This document shows positions 62,244 to 64,000 of a stretch of 64,000 nucleotides of DNA, in pieces (the first letter of the stretch is position 1; every line of letters starts with the position of its first letter). The stretch is from Hyphochytrium catenoides. Lineage: Eukaryota; Protista; Hyphochytriomycota. The DNA lies in contig FLMG01003138.1 of assembly GCA_900088475.1 (NCBI GenBank), forward strand, positions 1 through 64,000, written 5' to 3'. Both the position numbers and the translations under genes were made by a program. The notes beneath the pieces are model-generated. The model had not been told where the DNA came from, searched no databases, and saw only the letters and a program-made list of their open reading frames with translations.

Positions 62244-64000
62244 TGCTTATGTTGAGCCCCAATGCCACCAATGTAGTGTAACTCGTCTTCCGCTTTCTTC
62301 AGACTTCAGCAGTCTGAGGAGAGAACCTTCTGACAGGCGCCACAATCTAGGGCCAGGGGTTTGGGAAGTCTTGCTGGGAATGAGATCAATAGAGCTTGCT
62401 TCCTTCTTATGAGAAGCTTGGAAGTTTGCCAAGTGGAGCTCAGAGACGGGCATTGCCTTCCCTCAATGGGTTGCGCTCAATCACGCGGCGCTTTTGTTGA
62501 CCAAAGCTCATAGACGCCAGGCTCTGTGTCGCACGCCTGCACCCTATCTGAAACATTCCTCCAGGAAAGAGTTTCATGGTATGTCTATTTAGGGAGCCTT
62601 CAATGTTTCACGAGGTTTGAATCCTTCCCACGAAACCTTTCCCTGAGTAAGAAGGCCACAGTGTTATTCCTCGCCAGTTGTATGTAAAGGGAGACAATGT
62701 GGACATGGGGATGGCTTAGTAATAGACAGTAGGTGCCAAGGTTGGCTGGGCTGATGAGTGTATGAGAGTAATAGTAGTGGTCACACTTGTGATCGGGCTG
62801 CCACGTGGAGGGCGGAGGGCGTGCCATCAGTGCCACAGCTAGTTCGAGTCTTTCGGACTGAGCCTCATCACAAGAATGATCACAAGTGCAGAAAGTGCAG
62901 AGAAAAGCGATGGGAAGCCTTCAAACGTATCAAGGCTTTATTAGAAGATCCATTCAGAGTCTCCCTTGCTCCTTCCTCTCACGATTTCACCCATTGACAG
63001 TAGGCTCTGCACTAGCACAACCTACCGACCATTTACTCCTGTTCTTCTCCCTGTAAAATAAGTGGTTATGGTAAGAAAGAATGAGCTCTTCGTATCAGTG
63101 ACCAAGCAGCAGTCCTTTGCTCGAATGCAAGAGCGCTCAGCTATCAGCACTCTGGAGCTAACAAAGCGCTAACATCTTCTACTGGGTTTGTAATCATCAG
63201 TGCCGTGGACCTGTGTTATTTATATGTGAGACCTCATCATCATCTTGTACCTCTCCTGCTCAAGTTTATCATCTATCATCGGTGGAAAGCTGGCGCCAAG
63301 GCCGATACCCTCTCCTCGTTCAGCTCCTATCATAGCAGAGCATTACATGGGAATAAGAGGGTCTCCTATTTTTCAAATAAATCTCTGGCTGTTTCTCTTA
63401 AGTGGACTGGTGTGCCTTGGATGTAGACGGGAGAGTCCTCGAAAAGTCATGCTCTTTGTTATTCTTCCTTCTCCTAGCCGTCCTCCTTGCCCGCCATTTA
63501 CTTCTGTAGCTCGACTTGGCGCTGCACTGGCGGGTTCTTTGCTCAGTATCTGATACGTCACTAAATCTTTCCCAGAGAGGGCCTGCGGTATAACGGTAGC
63601 ATCTTCTCTTGTCCTGCTGTACACTGATGAGATGTGAGATATTCCGCCACTTCCCAGACCAAAGGCTTGCCTGTTTCAATATATCATGGCTTTTCTAAGA
63701 TAAACAAAGCTTCTTTGGCCTTGCAACAAAGTTCAAGCAGGGTCGGAGCGGTGCAGTCGGTGGTGCAGCTCATTGAATCATCAAGGGTAGGGAGAAGTTC
63801 GAAGGTGAGTGTCAAGGATTTTCTAGGACCGTTATTATCTCTGCGTCAAAGAGGTCTGCCTCTGGCTTGCTTCTCTTCTTCCCATCACCGCTTGATACAG
63901 AGATGCATCATCTTCTGGAACATCCCTGGATCAAAAGCCTTAGCTCCTGGAACACGTCGCTTCTGAGAAGAGCTTATGATGGCTCTCTGTCTCCGTCCTA

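Noticed and set aside
62600-64000. Scattered ORFs at the window end
   Set aside because: Frequent stops in all frames and no recognisable domain, so a gene call cannot be supported.
1-64000. CRISPR arrays, rRNA, tRNA or prokaryotic operons
   Set aside because: None seen. The sequence is spliceosomal-intron-containing eukaryotic DNA.

Overview
Compact, intron-rich eukaryotic genomic DNA of about 50% GC with GT-AG introns, most consistent with a flagellated protist, probably a stramenopile (inference from gene content). Splicing the ORF fragments by eye gives about 17 protein genes, mostly in alternating orientation. In order they are a PH-START-2TM lipid-transfer protein, bystin, centriolar LRRCC1/VFL1, an uncharacterised 'YNII'-repeat protein, NDUFS4, a WNK kinase, a PHYHD1-like dioxygenase, COP9 subunit 8 (barely visible in the ORF track), an ~11 kb TPR-like/DENN/PH gene, an orphan gene, a PTEN/tensin-type phosphatase-C2 protein, a LysA-like PLP decarboxylase, VTI1, two intronless bZIP genes, a secreted and probably GPI-anchored LRR gene, and APC10. 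The least-explained signals cluster at 51-62 kb. They are a ~500 bp-arm inverted repeat of decayed coding sequence with asymmetric CpG loss, an LRR gene with exactly one 66-nt repeat per exon, two bZIPs sharing an extra basic helix, and a bZIP ORF overlapping the APC10 C-terminal tail on the opposite strand. No rRNA, tRNA, CRISPR array or intact transposon was seen. Exon boundaries and family assignments are manual and were not checked against databases.
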